Shown piece after piece: positions 48,125 to 62,094 of a DNA stretch of 64,000 nucleotides (position 1 is its first letter; every line of letters begins with the position of its first letter). The notes beneath the pieces are model-generated. The model did no database searches and had not been told where the DNA came from. It was given only the letters and a program-made list of their open reading frames with translations. A program made the translations under genes and the position numbers. The stretch lies in the NCBI RefSeq assembly GCF_039654945.1, contig NW_027361825.1, positions 34,348,001 through 34,412,000 on the forward strand, written 5' to 3'. The DNA comes from Dendrobates tinctorius (lineage: Eukaryota).

Positions 48125-51100
48125 GTAATAATAGTAGTGCTGTCCGTTAGCAGTACATAGTAGTAGTAGTGCTGTTACTACATAGCAGTAAATAGTAGTA
48201 GTAGTGCTGTTAGCAGTACATAGTAGTGGTAGTGCTGTTACTTAACAGTACATAGTAGTAGTAGTAGTGCTGTTAGCAGTACATAGTAGTGGTAGTAGTG
48301 CTGTTAGCAGTACATAGTAGTAGTGATGCTGGTAGTTAGCAGTACATAGTAGTGCTGTTAACAGTACATATTAGTAGTGCTGTTACTTAGCAGTACATAG
48401 TAGTAGTAGTACTGTTACCAGTACATAGTAGTAGTAGTAGTACTGTTAGCTGTACATAGTAGTGGTAGTAGTGCTGTTAGCAGTACATAGTAGTAGTGGT
48501 GCTGGTAGTTAGCAGTACATAGTAGTGCTGTTAACAGTACATAGTAGTAGTAATGCTGTTACTTAGCAGTACATAGTAGTAGTAGTAGTGCTGTTAGCAG
48601 TACATAGTAGTGGTAGTGCTGTTACTTAACAGTACATAGTAGTAGTAGTGCTGTTAGCAGTACATAGTAGTGGTAGTAGTGCTGTTAGCAGTACATAGTA
48701 GTAGTGATGCTGGTAGTTATCAGTACATAGTAGTGCTGTTAACAGTACATAGTAGTAGTGCTGTTACTTAGCAGTACATAGTAGTACTGTTACCAGTACA
48801 TAGTAGTAGTAGTACTGTTAGCTGTACATAGTAGTGGTAGTAGTGCTGTTAGCAGTACATAGTAGTAGTGGTGCTGGTAGTTAGCAGTACATAGTAGTAG
48901 TAATGCTGTTACTTAGCAGTACATAGTAGTAGTAGTAGTAGTAGTACTGTTAGCAGTACATAGTAGTAGTAGTGCTGTTACTTAGCAGTACGTAGTAGTA
49001 GTGCTGTTAGCAGTACATAGTAGTGGTAGTGCTGTTACTTAGCAGTACATAGTAGTAGTAGTACTGTTAGCTGTACACAGTAGTGGTAGTAGTGCTGTTA
49101 GCAGTACATAGTAGTAGTGGTGCTGGTAGTTAGCAGTACATAGTAGTAGAGTAGTAGTAGTAGTGCTGTTAGCAGTACATAGTAGTAGTAGTGCTGTTAC
49201 TTAGCAGTACATAGTAGTAGTAGTAGTAGTACTGTTAGCAGTACATAGTAGTGGTAGTAGTGCTGTTAGCAGTACATAGTAGTAGTGGTGCTGGTAGTTA
49301 GCAGTACGTAGTAGTAGAGTAGTAGTAGTAGTGCTGTTAGCAGTACATAGTAGTAGTAGTGCTGTTACTTAGCAGTACATAGTAGTAGTAGTACTGTTAG
49401 CAGTACATAGTAGTGGTAGTAGTGCTGTTAGCAGTACATAGTAGTAGTGGTGCTGGTAGTTAGCAGTACATAGTAGTAGAGTAGTAGTAGTAGTGCTGTT
49501 AGCAGTACATAGTAGTAGTAGTGCTGTTACTTAGCAGTACATAGTAGTAGTAGTACTGTTAGCAGTACATAGTAGTGGTAGTAGTGCTGTTAGCAGTACA
49601 TAGTAGTAGTGGTGCTGGTAGTTAGCAGTACATAGTAGTAGAGTAGTAGTAGTAGTGCTGTTAGCAGTACATAGTAGTAGTGCTGTTACTTAGCAGTACA
49701 TAGTAGTAGTAGTACTGTTAGCAGTACATAGTAGTGGTAGTAGTGCTGTTAGCAGTACATAGTAGTAGTGGTGCTGGTAGTTAGCAGTACGTAGTAGTAG
49801 TGTTGTTAGCAGTACATAGAGGTAGTAGTAGTGCTGTTACTTAGCAGTACATAGTAGTAGTAGCAGTGCTGTTAGCAGTACATAGTAGTGGTGGTGCTGT
49901 TACTTAGCTTTTATGAATGGGTCACCGAGGAGGATGGCAGGTACAGGCTAAGCCACCAGAAAACCAGAGAGGTTGGTAACTAAGCGGATTGCAGACCCCT
50001 GATCCTATCCACACAACAAGCAGTAGCCGTGGAGTGTACCTACGATGCCCTAGACGCCTCGGCACAGCCGGAGAGCTAACTAAGCCTAAAGCAAGAAATC
50101 TAAACTGCCCCGGAGCAGACCCCAAAAGGAATAGATAGCCCCCAAACATATATTGTCGGTGAGACAAGATGAAACACAAACGCAGGCAGAAAAATAGACT
50201 GAGCAAATGATGGGGCCCAAACTGACTAGATAGGCTAGGAAAGGAAAGACACTGTCTGTAATCACGCAAAAAACCCTGAAAAATCCCACACGTCTGATGT
50301 ACAAAAAAACACTGAAGTCACACGACTTCGCCCCCACTATATCAGCACTCTGGTATGAACTAGAAGCAAAGCAAAAGAGACCAATATAACGGGACTGAAC
50401 AAACTGACACAAGCAGTAACATATGGAGCGGTGGTCCAGCACAGCCCCCCAGAGGAGCAAGCTGAACCCGCACAACAAGCAGAGAGAGACAAAAACAGAT
50501 CAGATGCAAAGGATTAGCAAATAAGCACTTAGCTGAGCAACGCAGGATCAGGGCAGGAGACATCAGACCTCAGAATGCACAGGAAAGAAATCACCAGCAG
50601 AGAATGAAGTAAGTCTGCAGATTTAAATACTCCAATCAGTAACCCCAGACTTCCAATCGTCATCATCATCATCAGGTGTCAGACCTCTGTCAATCTGGAA
50701 AGCTCCACTACCTCAAGTAACCACCGGAGGGAGCAGGGGGAGCTTCGGCTCAGAAGTCTGAGCCAGGGAATTCACAACACTTAGCAGTACATAGTAGTAG
50801 TACTGTTAGCAGTACATAGTAGTGGTAATGGTGCTATTAGCAGTACATAGTAGTAGTGGTGCTGGTAGTTAGCAGTACATAGTAGTAGTAGTGCTGTTAG
50901 CAGTACATAGTAGTACTGCTGTTACTTAGCAGTATATAGTAGTAGTAGTACTGTTAGCAGTACAAAGTAGTGGTAGTAGTGCTGTTAGCAGTACATAGTA
51001 GTGGTGCTGGTAGCTAGCAGTACATAGTAGTAGTAGTAGTGCTGTTAGCAGTACATAGTAGTAGTAGTAGTGCTGTTACTTAGCAGTACATAGTAGTAGT

Positions 51101-51810
51101 AGTAGTGCTGTTAGCAGTACATAGTAGTAGTAGTGCTGTTAGCAGTACATAGTAGTGGTGGTAGTGCTGCTAGCAGTACATAGTAGTAGTGGTGCTGGTA
51201 GTTAGCAGTACATAGTAGTGGTAGTAGTGCTGTTAGTTAGCAGTACATCGTAGTAGTAGTGCTGTTACTTAGCAGTACATAGTAGTGGTAGTAGTGCTGT
51301 TACTTAAACAGTACATAGTAGTGGTAGTAGTGCTCTTAGTTAGTACATAGTAGTAGTAGTGCTCTTAATTAGCAGTACATAGTAGTGGTAGTAGTGCTCT
51401 TAGCTGTACATAGTAGTGGTAGTAGTGCTGTTAGCAGTACATAGTAGTAGTGGTGCTGGTAGTTAGCAGTACATAGTAGTAGTAGTAGTGCTGTTAGCAG
51501 TACATAGTAGTAGTAGTAGTGCTGTTACTTAGCAGTACATAGTAGTAGTAGTAGTAGTGCTGTTAGGAGTACATAGTAGTAGTTGTGCTGTTAGCAGTAC
51601 ATAGTAGTAGTGGTGTTGGTAGTTAGCAGTACATAGTAGTGGTAGTAGTGCTGTTAGTTAGCAGTACATAGTAGTGGTTGTGCTGTTGGTTAGCAGTACA
51701 TAGTAGTGGTTGTGCTGTTGGTTAGCAGTACATAGTAGTAGTTGTGCTGTTGGTTAGCAGTACATAGTAGTGGTAGTGCTGTTAGTCAGCAGTACGTAGT
51801 AATAGTAGTG
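48125..51810. repeat. (TAG)n-based compound satellite in ACTMAP intron
   Basis: variable ~25-35-bp units CATAG(TAG)nTGCTGTTAGCAGTA with a ~160-170-bp higher-order period at 49140-49750; interrupted by a solo LTR. Confidence 0.95.
49909..50779 (-). mobile_element. Solo LTR inserted in the satellite
   Basis: minus strand begins TGTTGTGAATTC; 6-bp TSD CTTAGC (49903-49908, 50780-50785); shares blocks with the 16255-17029 LTR. Confidence 0.85.
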
Positions 51811-52268
51811 TACCTTTTTATTCTTTTCCTATCTACAGACAGGCTATACATTTTAGATATACTGACGTACAGCTGTTCGCAGTAGTAGTACTGCACATGT
51901 CAGTATGTCTAAAATGTATAGTGCAAAAGAAAACCCTTTTTTTTCAATACGTCTTTCATAAATAGTGGACAAAAAAAGGGGGGGGGGTTTGCACATCCAA
52001 AGAAATTGCAATACGAGGTAAACCCAACAAAATGTAGCTAAGGAAATATTTTTTTTCTTACTATGTCTTATCCATTGCTGCCCTATACAGTACGTGTGGA
52101 CATAGGATTTTCCATTTCAAGCGTATACGACGTCCAACGAAATGCAAAGTATAACTGTGAACTGAGCCTAAACAGGATGCCCCCCAAAATCCACTTGATT
52201 TTTTTTTTTTTAAATAAAGGTTTGTTAGAACAACGTATATCACCCTGATCCACATAATGTCCTGGCAG

Positions 52269-52393
52269 GTGCGGACTTGTTGCCTTGTGGATGGCAGGGG
52301 GAATACTGAGCAATAGCCAGGAGGTGACACTCGACTACATCGTACAAGTGGCAACTTCAAGAGGATACACCGTCCACGGGGAGATGTTCTCAG
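52269..52393 (+). CDS. ACTMAP: ACTMAP coding exon 3 (catalytic Cys)
   Basis: (Q)CGLVALWMAG...RGYTVHGEMFS. Confidence 0.96.
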
Positions 52394-52695
52394 GTGAGCG
52401 TTGTCTGTGGGTATATTACTGCTCTATGCCTGTGAGTAATACAGGAGGGAATTTCATAAGTAACAATTACCCTGTAGGGCAGTGTATCTCATGCAGGGAA
52501 TGCATATTCTCCACGGCTGCCCTGACATTCTGACAGCTGCCCTACATATATCTTTGGTGATAGATCCCTAATAAGTGAATGTGTATAGGATCTATTCGAT
52601 CCTGCTCTCTGATAGGTCTCTAATAATCCTTCCTGCTTTATAGGGTAAGAAGTTCTGAGTGCCATAGTAGACACTAATTCTTCTTTCTGTCCCAG

Positions 52696-52825
52696 CTGAA
52701 AACATGTCCCGCCTCGCAGAGGAAGTTTTTGGCTGTCACTGTGAACTACTGACAGGTGGAATGGAAGGAGAGAACAGAGAGAGAATCCTGGGTCACCTCA
52801 CTGCCGGGCTTCCTGTCCTCATCCC
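52696..52825 (+). CDS. ACTMAP: ACTMAP coding exon 4
   Basis: ENMSRLAEEVFGC...ILGHLTAGLPVLI(P), followed by GTATCCTTT donor. Confidence 0.94.
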
Positions 52826-53141
52826 GTATCCTTTTCTATAGGAACACATTAAAACGACTGGCCATGCGTCTCCTTTTACTATTCCTCTACCTAAATTTAC
52901 TCTCTTCAACTTAACAGTATGAAGATAAATCAAAATAAAAAATGGATGTATTCTATAGGCAGCTTACTTCTTTTTAGCCACTAGGTGGCAGCAGTCATAT
53001 ATAAAGTAAAAATTAACCCTTATCACGTTGCCCAGCCATAGACCAGCGTGATTTATAGCCCTAGATTAACATTTCATTTGCTTTGGATATTGAATTTTAT
53101 CAGAAATATTTGTGTACTTAAGTATTTAACAGCGTGTACAG
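52826..53141 (+). other. ACTMAP: U12-type (minor spliceosome) GT-AG intron
   Basis: 5' site GTATCCTTT; TTTAAC branch-like motif ~11 nt before the AG; no strong polypyrimidine tract. Confidence 0.9.
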
Positions 53142-53212
53142 ATATGATGAGGACTTCAATCACGAGCCTTCCCAGAGAGACGGACATCGGGCACACTGGG
53201 CAGTTATTTCAG
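53142..53212 (+). CDS. ACTMAP: ACTMAP coding exon 5
   Basis: YDEDFNHEPSQRDGHRAHWAVIS. Confidence 0.96.
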
Positions 53213-53886
53213 GTAAGGAAATTATTAATGGCTGACAAAGTTCTGCACACACCATATGTGCACGATGGTTTGCAACTTTTTCCAGTTTATGCAGCTCTCA
53301 CCAACATATGTGCTGCATCCCACGGCCTGAGACATGTAGGGCTCACTTACATGTCCGTTTTTTCCACGTACGAGAAAAATGGACTGATTATTCTGATCAG
53401 GGTTTGATCGGTACGAGTGTCATCCAACTTTCTCATATTTGGAGAAATTTTAAAAAAAAACGTTCTCCACCTTCGCTATTGTGTTAGTCCGTGAAAATTT
53501 GATCACACTCGGATGTCATCTGAGTGCAGTCTTTTTTTTTTTCACTGACCAGTAGACTTGCTTTACCAATTTTGATTCGACCCCTCGGTTCAAAATCGGA
53601 CATGTCTGCGATTTTCCGCTGACTTCTCATTCCGTGAACAATCACAGACATCTGAATGGCCCCCTACCCTAGATTATCACAAGTACGAGTGATATTTGGG
53701 GGAAAACGTGGATAACACTTGTACACGAAAATCTGACGTGTGAATGAGGCCTGACTATTACACGTAAATTATCCAGCTCATGATCTGACATTTATTAGGA
53801 GAGTCCCTCTTAATCATTACAACATTTATGTATATGTAATATTCTCAAGTCTGGCGTCCATTGATAGCATCATACTTTATACTCAG

Positions 53887-54185
53887 GGGTCCTTCTTGGA
53901 ATACAGAATGGATCCTTTGATCCTGACCCTGACGGCTCCGGACTGTTCCTGCCACTACCCGGTGCCTCCACTCTCAATACAGATGACATAGAGCAACGCT
54001 ACCTCATCGCGAAGCAAGGCAAGAGCCGCCGCTACCAGCTGTGGGAATACGAGTCATTGAGCCGCAGCAATAATCAACTACTTCATCTGGACCCCAAGAG
54101 AACTTGTGATGGCAATGTGTATGTGGTTCCCGAAGGGGGCTTACAAGCCGGGCTGTGTGGCAAAACTTTGCTTCTCAAACACTGA
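53887..54185 (+). CDS. ACTMAP: ACTMAP coding exon 6 (last)
   Basis: GVLLG...YLIAKQGKSRRYQLWEY...SNNQL...YVVPEGGLQAGLCGKTLLLKH*; total CDS 897 nt = 298 aa. Confidence 0.95.
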
Positions 54186-54711
54186 AACATAATATTTCTT
54201 AAAAAGGCCGTCACTATTAGGTGCATCATTTTTAGGCGTCCGATTTTCACGTTCGAGTGCTGTCCGTGATTTTGATGGATAGCATTCGTACCGGTGATAG
54301 TCAATTGGTCCGAGAAAAACTCAGATGACATCACGGACATTCACATAGGAGAAGGCTGAGAGACTTTTTTTTCTCTCCACATACGAGAAGAACGGATGAC
54401 ATTCGAAGCACACTGGGATCAAGGTCTGATCAAACTCTAATCAAATTCCAATCAAAATAATTAGTCCGTTTTTCTCATATGTGAGAATAATGAAGATCTG
54501 AATGAGGCCTTAGAGTATCGGGTAAAATATTGGCTCCATATTCTGATTTCAAAAGATTTTCCAGAAATAAAAGATCAAGACTTCAAGCATTTCCTATTTA
54601 CATCTCTATAGGTAAAAAGTGTGTAAAAAACTATTACTCATCCTTCTACGATTATCCACCTCAGCTGTACACAGGACTAGGTCTGTAGGAGCATCCAGCC
54701 ACTGCATGTAA

Positions 54712-57700
54712 GGCCCTCTTCACACCTCCGTGTTTCCGATATGTGTGGCGTCCATTTTAACACATACCAGAGACACATACACATGCACACTCATTATAAT
54801 CTGTGGGGCTGCGCACATGTCCATGTTTCCACACAGACCGTGTGACCCACACATAGACATGTCTGTTTTTTCTGGCAGCATGGATGACAATATATGCCGC
54901 ACACATGCACACGGATGACATTTTTAGATGTTAAAGATTTGCAAATATAGATAGATATCCATGAGATATATAATTAGTGCCTTGAGTGTGTAATTTACTG
55001 TACGTGTATTAACCTAATAAATAAATGAAAAAAGTGACGTGAGGTCACCCCCCCCCCAATTTTTTAATAACCAGCCAAGGTAAAGCATATAGCGGAGAGC
55101 TGATATTATGAAACTGGGAAGGTCTTAGTTATTGGACCTTTCCCAGCCTAAAATTACCAGCACACAGCCACCCCAGAAGTGGCGCATCATATAAGATGCT
55201 CCAGTTCTGGCACATAGGGTGGATGTCAGCTGTGATCTGTCCAAAAACACAGTTCCCATCAAGCCCTGGTGTTTGTAATGGAGAGGGGTCTATCAAACAC
55301 CCTCATTACTTACACAGTAATTAAAAATATACCCCCAAAAATACTTTATGTAAATAAACACTCCCTGACAATTTCCCTGGTTCACCACATTATTAAAAAA
55401 TAAATAAGTCAATAAAATCCTGCTAAGTCCAATGTAGTCCAGCGAATGGAAACCTGAAAAGAAAATACACACAAAACACAGAGAAGTAAAACAAAGACAC
55501 TTCCCCTGGTTGTCACTTTATTAAAAGAAAAGTCTTTTGTCCTTCACCATGAGTCTCCATAGTCTTTCCAAACAGTCACTGCCGGGTCACGCTGTGCGAG
55601 ACCCGGTGGCACTGAACAACTATGATATCATTAACGTTACCGCTCATATAAATCGACCGGGTCTTGTGCAGCACGCTGCGTGACCTGGCGGTGGCTGTTT
55701 GGAAAGACTATGGAGCCTCATAACCAGTGTTTGTAGCCTTTGTATGGAGGATTTGATGGACATCCCTGGATTTGGTGGATTTTGTTGAACCTGGGTGGAA
55801 ACATTTCCTTTAATAAAGTGACGACCAAAGGAAAGTGTCTTTGTTTTATTTCTGTGTGTTTTGACTGTATGCTCTTTTCAGGTTTCCATTTCTTAAGACT
55901 ACGTTGGATTTGATGAGATTTTTTTTTTAATTAAGTGGTGAACCAGGGAAAGTGTCAGGGAGTGTTTATTTAAATAAAGTATTTTTTTTGTGTGTGGTTT
56001 TTTATTACTGGGTTAGTAATTGGGGTGTCTGATAGACCCCTCTACATTATTAGCACCAGGGCTTGATGTCAGCTGTGTTTTTGGACAATTCACAGCTGAC
56101 ATCAGCCCCTACTACCTTTACTCCAATTGCCAAAACACCAGGGCCATCCGGAAAAGCGAAGGCAAAGAATTGGCCCTTCCCAGCCTGATAATATCAGCTC
56201 ACAGCTGTCTGCTTTACCTTTGCTGGTTAACAAAAATGGGGGTGACCTTACATCATTTTTTTCTCTTATTTATTAAGTTGTGCTCAGAAGTTTACATTCC
56301 CTGGCAGAATTTTTGCTTTCTTGGACTTTTTTCAGAGAATATGAATGATAACACCAAAACTTTTTCTCCACTCATGGTTAGTGGTTGGGTGAAGCCATTT
56401 ATTGACTACTGTGTTTTCTCTTTTTAAATCATAATGACAACCCAAAACATCCGAATCACCATGATCAAAAGTTCACATACCCTGGTGATTTTAGCCTGAT
56501 AACTTGAACAGAAGTTGACACAAATGGATTTGACTGGCTACTAAAGGTAACACAGGGAAAGGTCAGAGAGGTCCGGCGCCTGCGCACTACAGGACTCTTC
56601 TCTGCCCTCAACAGTTGCAAAGAAAGGGAGACAGAAAAGCGCAATAGGGTCTTATCCATGTTACAAGGAGAGAATATAACACGAAATTTGCTCACCTGGT
56701 TAGGATGAGAAAAAGCATAAAGGCTGGCGGCTGCTGCAGATCTACAGGTCCTCAACGACCAAAGGGAACGACTGCCCTCAACAGGGCAGAGCAGTGTGCC
56801 TGTGCTGGAGCCGCGACGGGAAACAAAGAAGAGGACGTCATCTCTAGAAGATGGGAGGCACCGGACCAGACCGCGACACCCATCGGACCCGGACTGGACC
56901 GCCCCCCGGTGAGTATAATCTAAGGGCCCCGTTACATTTAGCGATGCACCAGCGATCCGACCACGATATGACCCGGTCAGGATCGCTGGTGCATCACTAA
57001 ATGGTCGCTAGTGAGCTGCCGAACAGGCAGATCTCAGCAGCGACGCAGCAGCGGTCGTTACCTGTCAGACGCGGCGATGATGGCGTCCTCCGCCCGCGTC
57101 GCTCGTCGACGCCAGCAGGAAGCCGCCGACGAGAAATGGACCGGGCCAATCTCGCGCGATCACCGATAACCAGCGGGGGAGCCGGTCGGAGGTGAGTATC
57201 ACATGTAGCGATATCGCTAGCAATATTGCTGCTGCGTCACAAAATCGGTGACGCTTTAGCGATATTGCTAGCGATATCGCTATGTGTAAAGCCCCTTTAA
57301 CTCGTTTTTCTTCTCTTTCAGGTTACATCGGGGCTTATCTACAGCATTACAGAATGCTGTAGATAAGCCCCTGATGGCTGTGGCCTCATCTTATAGTCAA
57401 AAAAATAGGTGACAAGTTTCCCTTTAAAAAGAGACAACACAGTAGTTTGACAATAAATGGCTTCATCCAAGCACTAACCATGAGTGGAGAAAAAGTTTTG
57501 GTGCAATCATTCATATTCTCTGAAAAAAGGCCAAGAAAGTAAAAAGTCTGCCGGGGTATGTAAACTTTTGAGCACAACTGTACATGTACAGTAAACTACA
57601 CACACACGGCACTAATTATATAATTCACGGATATCTATCTCGTATCTCTCTGTCTCATCTCTCTGTCTCCCTTATCGCCGTTCCTGGATCTCTGACCTCA

Positions 57701-58678
57701 CTCTTGATCTGTGATGTCTCTCTCCTAAAAATCTGTAATTTGTATTCTGCATTGATCCGGTACGTGGCACATGGATGTCACATGTACACACAGTCGGCTA
57801 AGGCTGGGTTCACATCGCATTAGGTGCCATCCGTTTAACGGATCCGTTACTAAGCGGCACTAACGCTATGTAAGGCTAGTTTGACACTTGCGTTTTTTTG
57901 CGGCACGTTTTTGGCGCACACAAACGCATTAAAAAAAACGCATCATGCGTTTGTGTGCGTTTTTTGTGCATTTTTTTTAAAAACGCATACTTATACATAT
58001 TTTTTTGCACATACGTGCGCATTACAATGTGCACGTATGCGCACCCATAGACTTTAATGGGTGTTTTGCTGTAAAAAAAAACGCATTGCGTGCGCATGCG
58101 TTTTTTTGGGGCAAGTCGGACGCACAAAAAATGCAACAGGATGCATTTTGTGCGCCCGAGTGCACACTACAAAAAAACACATGCACATACAAACGCGTAC
58201 AAACGCATGTGTATGCGCACATAAGCGCACCCATTTTGAAGTATAGGGAAAAAACGCAAGGGTGAAACCAGCCTAACAGATGCGTTAACGCACCCATTGC
58301 CAGCCATTATCGTAACGCATTCTAACACATGTCAAAATCGGCATGCATTAGCGATGTTCCGTTACTTTGTGACGCACCATTGAACGCGATCTACCGTGTT
58401 TTCGGGTACGTTAGGTCTAATGCACTGCGGACTTGTTCGCTGTGATAGACCTCCATTACTAACGCATGCCGACGCAATGGTACCATGCGTTAGCACATGC
58501 GTTAACGCAATTGTAGAAAAAAATAGATTTTGGCCATCAGCGTTAGCACATCCGTTTAACGGATCCATTAAACGGATGGCACTCGCGCGATGTGAACCTA
58601 GCGTTACACAAAGCCACACGGATTGCAAAAACGGATCATTTCACACTTACTTTTTTTAAGGGGACATGTGAACAGGCC
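54712..58678. mobile_element. Composite non-autonomous DNA-transposon stack
   Basis: imperfect Harbinger-like ends with TAA flanks; internal fold-back ~55030-56260; Tc1-like element ~56275-57580; MITEs ~56924-57296 and 57802-58603 (itself containing 57874-58273 with TAA TSD). Confidence 0.55.
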
Positions 58679-60495
58679 TAAGAAAGTTTAGATTCACTGA
58701 CAACATATGGAAAAAACCTCAGCTTTTAGTGGCGCCCCTACGTCTTGTCAGTGTTATGTGACGCACACATGATCCACATCCCCCTTACAAGTGAGAACAG
58801 AGGAAGTCTCAGCCTGTGACTAACAGACATTTGGCAGATTAGCAAGAAACAAGACAGAAAGTAGATAAAGTGACTGCAGCATCAGACACACAAAGGCAAA
58901 ATATATTTAAAAGGTCGCGGTTATATCAGAAGACTTGATCGATAATTGGGATAAACAAACTGCAAATCACTTTATTTAGAAATGAAGCTTTCGCCCTCCC
59001 CCCAAAAGTCACTCAAAAGTGCCAACCAAAAGATGTCTGTTTGCCATCTAACTGCTTGATGCCAAGTATAATTCATCTCTCAAAGACACCAAGGCTGATT
59101 ACAGTAAGTGGGTTTTTTTTGGGAGGGAAGGAAGTTCTTGCACCTATAATGCTGGCAGAATTCTGGTGAAAAGAAACCACCCGCTCACAATCTGTGGATG
59201 TAACTGTACTATACAAATAACTTTAATGATAGTAGAGAAGGGAAACCTTTCCCCTAGATCAGCCGCACGCCATACAGTTCTGCAGGAATTTTCATTGTGG
59301 TCACATGTAATGATGCTGGCGGCGATGACAGACTGGCAGTAAATCATTTTCAGCTTCCTTGTATCTGCTGAAGTGATCCTTTCTGACATAGAGATGGCCA
59401 GATAAAGGCATCGTCAGGACGTGACCGCTGCTGTCAGACTAAATGGCAGACACTGACCAGGGCCGAGGCTCAAGATGCTGTCCAGGATTGTTTAAGCAGC
59501 AACTATTGTTCACTGTTCTCAGTCTGGTTTCTGATTATCACATCATTTTCTTTATACACTGCCTAATGGGTCTAAAAGGTGTACAATAAGCTGCCATGTT
59601 ACCCATCGACACCCCATGATCGTACTGCAGGGAGCCCATGGGGTAAAAGAGGTGGTTCCTTCTCTTAGTCTAATCAATAAGATGTCACGATTGCTGATAA
59701 AGGGGTGGTCCATCTTAAAGGAAAAAAAAAACCCTACGGACACAGAGTCCATGCTTCAGCCTCAGGCCTTTGTTGATACAGCTGCAGTGGTGACATCACA
59801 TTACCTCTGCAGCCAATCACTGGGCTTAGCAGTTTACATCAGCATTTAGTGATTGGCTGCAGTGGTCCCTGATATCAGATGCCTTGTAAAGAGTAAGTGT
59901 TCCCTGCAGTCTCGACTATTTGTGAAAATTGCCTCATTTGTTTCCCCCAGGGCATTGATAATTATTGGGACATTTCAGCAAAAGATACTTTCCACTTGTA
60001 ATTATGAGTGTCCTTCATGTTCTGCATGCCAGCTGCCCGAAGCAGAGTCCATTGCCGTCTCGTCGCCTACATTCACTGCACCTGAGACTCCACCACAGTA
60101 CCGCCGACCCACAGCAGCCCTTGAATTCTTCCTTCCCTACAACTCGGGCTACACGACAATGGGGTATATGTGTCAAGATAAATATGCCCCGATATGTGCT
60201 GCGCAACAAGAGGTGCGTGAGGATACATCTAATGATTGTTAATGGGGACAGTCGACCAACAACCGTCGCCAAGATCAAAACCTGTTTCATTTATACACCC
60301 TAAAATTCTGTTTGCTTTTGCGACTGCTGCTTGACATTGAGTACTGCTCCTCAGCTTACTTGTAACCAGAATACCCAAGGCCTTCTCCTGTTTTGTAATC
60401 CCGACTATACTGCCACTTAATCTTTAGGATTACTCTGTCCAAGGTGCATTACTCTACATCTATCAAGATTAACCCCTTTCCGACATGAAGCTTAA

Positions 60496-61565
60496 AGGGG
60501 TTGTCCGGGCTTTTCACATAATCTCAGTACATATCTGGGCTGCAGAATTATGACAATAAGTCATTTACTTTCTGTCACTAGTTTGCACGGTTTTCTACAT
60601 ATTCTGAACAGAGCATCCAAGGGGAGGGGGGGTGTTATGGCATTGAAATGAGAACTAGTCGTAACCTCCTACTCTACTCCAAACATGCCCTCTATAGCAA
60701 CAACCCCACCCTCCATAGCTACAGGCCCTCCCTGTCCACATGAAGCAGACCTCATCCCACAGTAAGGAATTCTTCCCCTCCAGCAGCCTCAGTGCAGAGA
60801 GCTGCTGCTCCCCCAGACACACACTGAACAGTTATCTATGGAAAGTGAAACTAGTGAGGAGGGAAAATCGTCCTGTATTCTGGGCCACTCCATGATTACA
60901 ATACATAACTCATCAGTAATTCCTTCACTCACTGTCCCAGGCTGCTGGCAGCAGTGAGAACAGACTGTGTGATGGCCAGTGATGGGGGTCTGCAGCTTCT
61001 AATCTGCACAGGGGATGGCAGTCACTGATGTAATCTGTTGTGTGACAAAGCCTCTGCTGTGTGAATGAGACAGCTCTGTGTCACTGATGTCTTCACACAG
61101 CAGCAGATTTGGTGCAGTGTATGTGCGAAGCTCCACCAAACTCTAGTGATGTGTCGTTCACAAACGATCCGACACAAAGTGCTGGCTCCCTGCTGTGAAT
61201 GATGGCACCCCAGTGAGAGCCACTAAAATGTGTGTGTCTGGGGGAGGAGCAGCTCTCTGCTCTCTGCACTGAGGCTGCTGGAGGGGAAGAATTCCTTACT
61301 GTGTGATGAGGTCTGCTTCATGTGGACGGGGAGGGCCTGTAGCTATGGAGGGTGGGGTTGTTGCTATAGAGGGCATGTTTGGAGTAGAGTAGGAGGTTAC
61401 GACTAGTTCTCATTTCAATGCCATAACACCCCCCCCTTCCTTGGACGTTCTGTTCAGAATATGTAGAAAACCATGCAAACTAGTGACAGAAAGTAAATTA
61501 CTTATTGTCATAATTCTGCAGCCCAGATATGTACTGAGATTATGTGAAAAGCCCGGACAACCCCT
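60496..61565. mobile_element. Kolobok/T2-type fold-back MITE
   Basis: TTAA-AGGGGTTGTCCGGGC ... GCCCGGACAACCCCT-TTAA; ~330-bp near-perfect inverted arms. Confidence 0.88.
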
Positions 61566-62094
61566 TTAATAGTACGCACATGTTGGACTCCCCCAAGCAT
61601 GGGCCCACAGTAAGTGAAGCTGGGTACATACACCCAGATTCAGTGCACACATGTGGGGCACCAATCATCACTGTATGCGCGGGATTTTAGAGCAGATTCC
61701 CGTAATGGTGCAACCTGTGACATCAAAGTGCGTCGGCTTCAACAATATGACGAGGCCGTGACTGAAAGAAACGCGCACCCCTATGCCTGAATGAGCAGAA
61801 ACTATATACGGTAACTATATAAAGTGAATGTTGCACATGATTATGGCGCAGTTTTAACTGAAAAAAATCGTGTTAGTGATGCACATTGCACCAACACAGT
61901 TCAGTTGCTAAAAATTACATGACAGGTTCTCATTAAACCTCATATGTCAAGTGTTTGCCTATTCCGACATCTTATCCAGATAATTCTGTAATATTGTACG
62001 GTCAAGTCAGTATTTTTTCTACATAGTTTTGTGTCACTTTAAATCCCATCCACAAGGTCATTAATAAAGAGATTAAAAATAATTGGTCCTAATA

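Noticed and set aside
59853-60303. Overlapping ORFs that might be an exon of the next gene (ITPKC expected by synteny)
   Set aside because: No recognisable ITPKC or other motif in any frame; a transcript alignment is needed.
61745-61780. ATGACGA-GGCC...GAAACGCG hammerhead-like string
   Set aside because: Stem II and stem I cannot be formed and there is no cleavage triplet.
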